Positions 63,552 through 64,000 of a DNA stretch of 64,000 bases are shown here, in pieces (positions within the stretch are counted from its first letter, which is position 1; every line of letters begins with the position of its first letter). The notes beneath the pieces are model-generated. The model made no database searches, had not been told where the DNA came from, and saw only the letters and a list, made by a program, of their open reading frames with translations. This stretch comes from the human T2T-CHM13v2.0 reference genome, Homo sapiens. Position numbers and translations under genes: made by a program. The stretch is from the NCBI RefSeq assembly GCF_009914755.1, contig NC_060926.1; one strand, given 5' to 3'.

Positions 63552-63851
63552 TAATCTGCCCACCTCGACCTCCCAAAGTGCTGGGATTACAGGCATGAGC
63601 CACCACGCCCGCCCTAGTCTAGTTTTTTATTTGGTTTTACTGTTAGTGCGTTGTAATTCTTAGGTAAAAAGTAAGTAAAGTGGCTGGGCACAGTGGTTCA
63701 TGCCTGTAATCCCAGCACTTTGGGAGGCCAAGGTGCACCGATCATGAGGTCAGGAGATTGAGACCATCCTGGCCAACATGGCGAAACCCCGTCTCTACTA
63801 AAATACAAAAAATTAGCCGAGTGTGGTGATGTGCACCTGTAGTCCCAGCTA

Positions 63852-63986
<135 letters not shown>

Positions 63987-64000
63987 TTAAAATTGAGGAA

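Overview
Human (or very close great-ape) genomic DNA that is very rich in Alu elements. I recognise it as the NLRC4-YIPF4 head-to-head region of chromosome 2p22; the location is from recall and was not checked. Minus strand: the 5' end of NLRC4, with two alternative non-coding first exons (about 12122-12270 and 11273-11400) and a 119-nt exon (3286-3404). That exon ends in only the A of a split A|TG start codon, and the remaining coding exons lie left of the window. Plus strand: the complete YIPF4 gene, with a CpG-island promoter carrying CCAAT and ETS motifs, six coding exons that join to 735 nt (244 aa + stop), and tandem poly(A) sites with a possible long Alu-filled 3'UTR. Mobile elements include a 968-bp HERV-K LTR5 solo LTR, an SVA with a 17-bp TSD in YIPF4 intron 3, two ERV1 solo LTRs in NLRC4 intron 1, MaLR LTRs, hAT and Tigger MITEs, L1/L2 fragments, a 7SL retrocopy and a BC200 retrocopy. 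No wholly new system can be proven from sequence alone. The best candidate is a splicing-controlled translation-start switch in the NLRC4 leader: a split start codon, a uORF removable by tandem acceptors, a one-base GTG/ATG toggle, and a phase-compatible alternative coding exon. Other leads are a templated 64-bp insertion inside an Alu and a dual acceptor/donor exon in the YIPF4 3'UTR. Almost all long entries in the ORF track are Alu or SVA artefacts.
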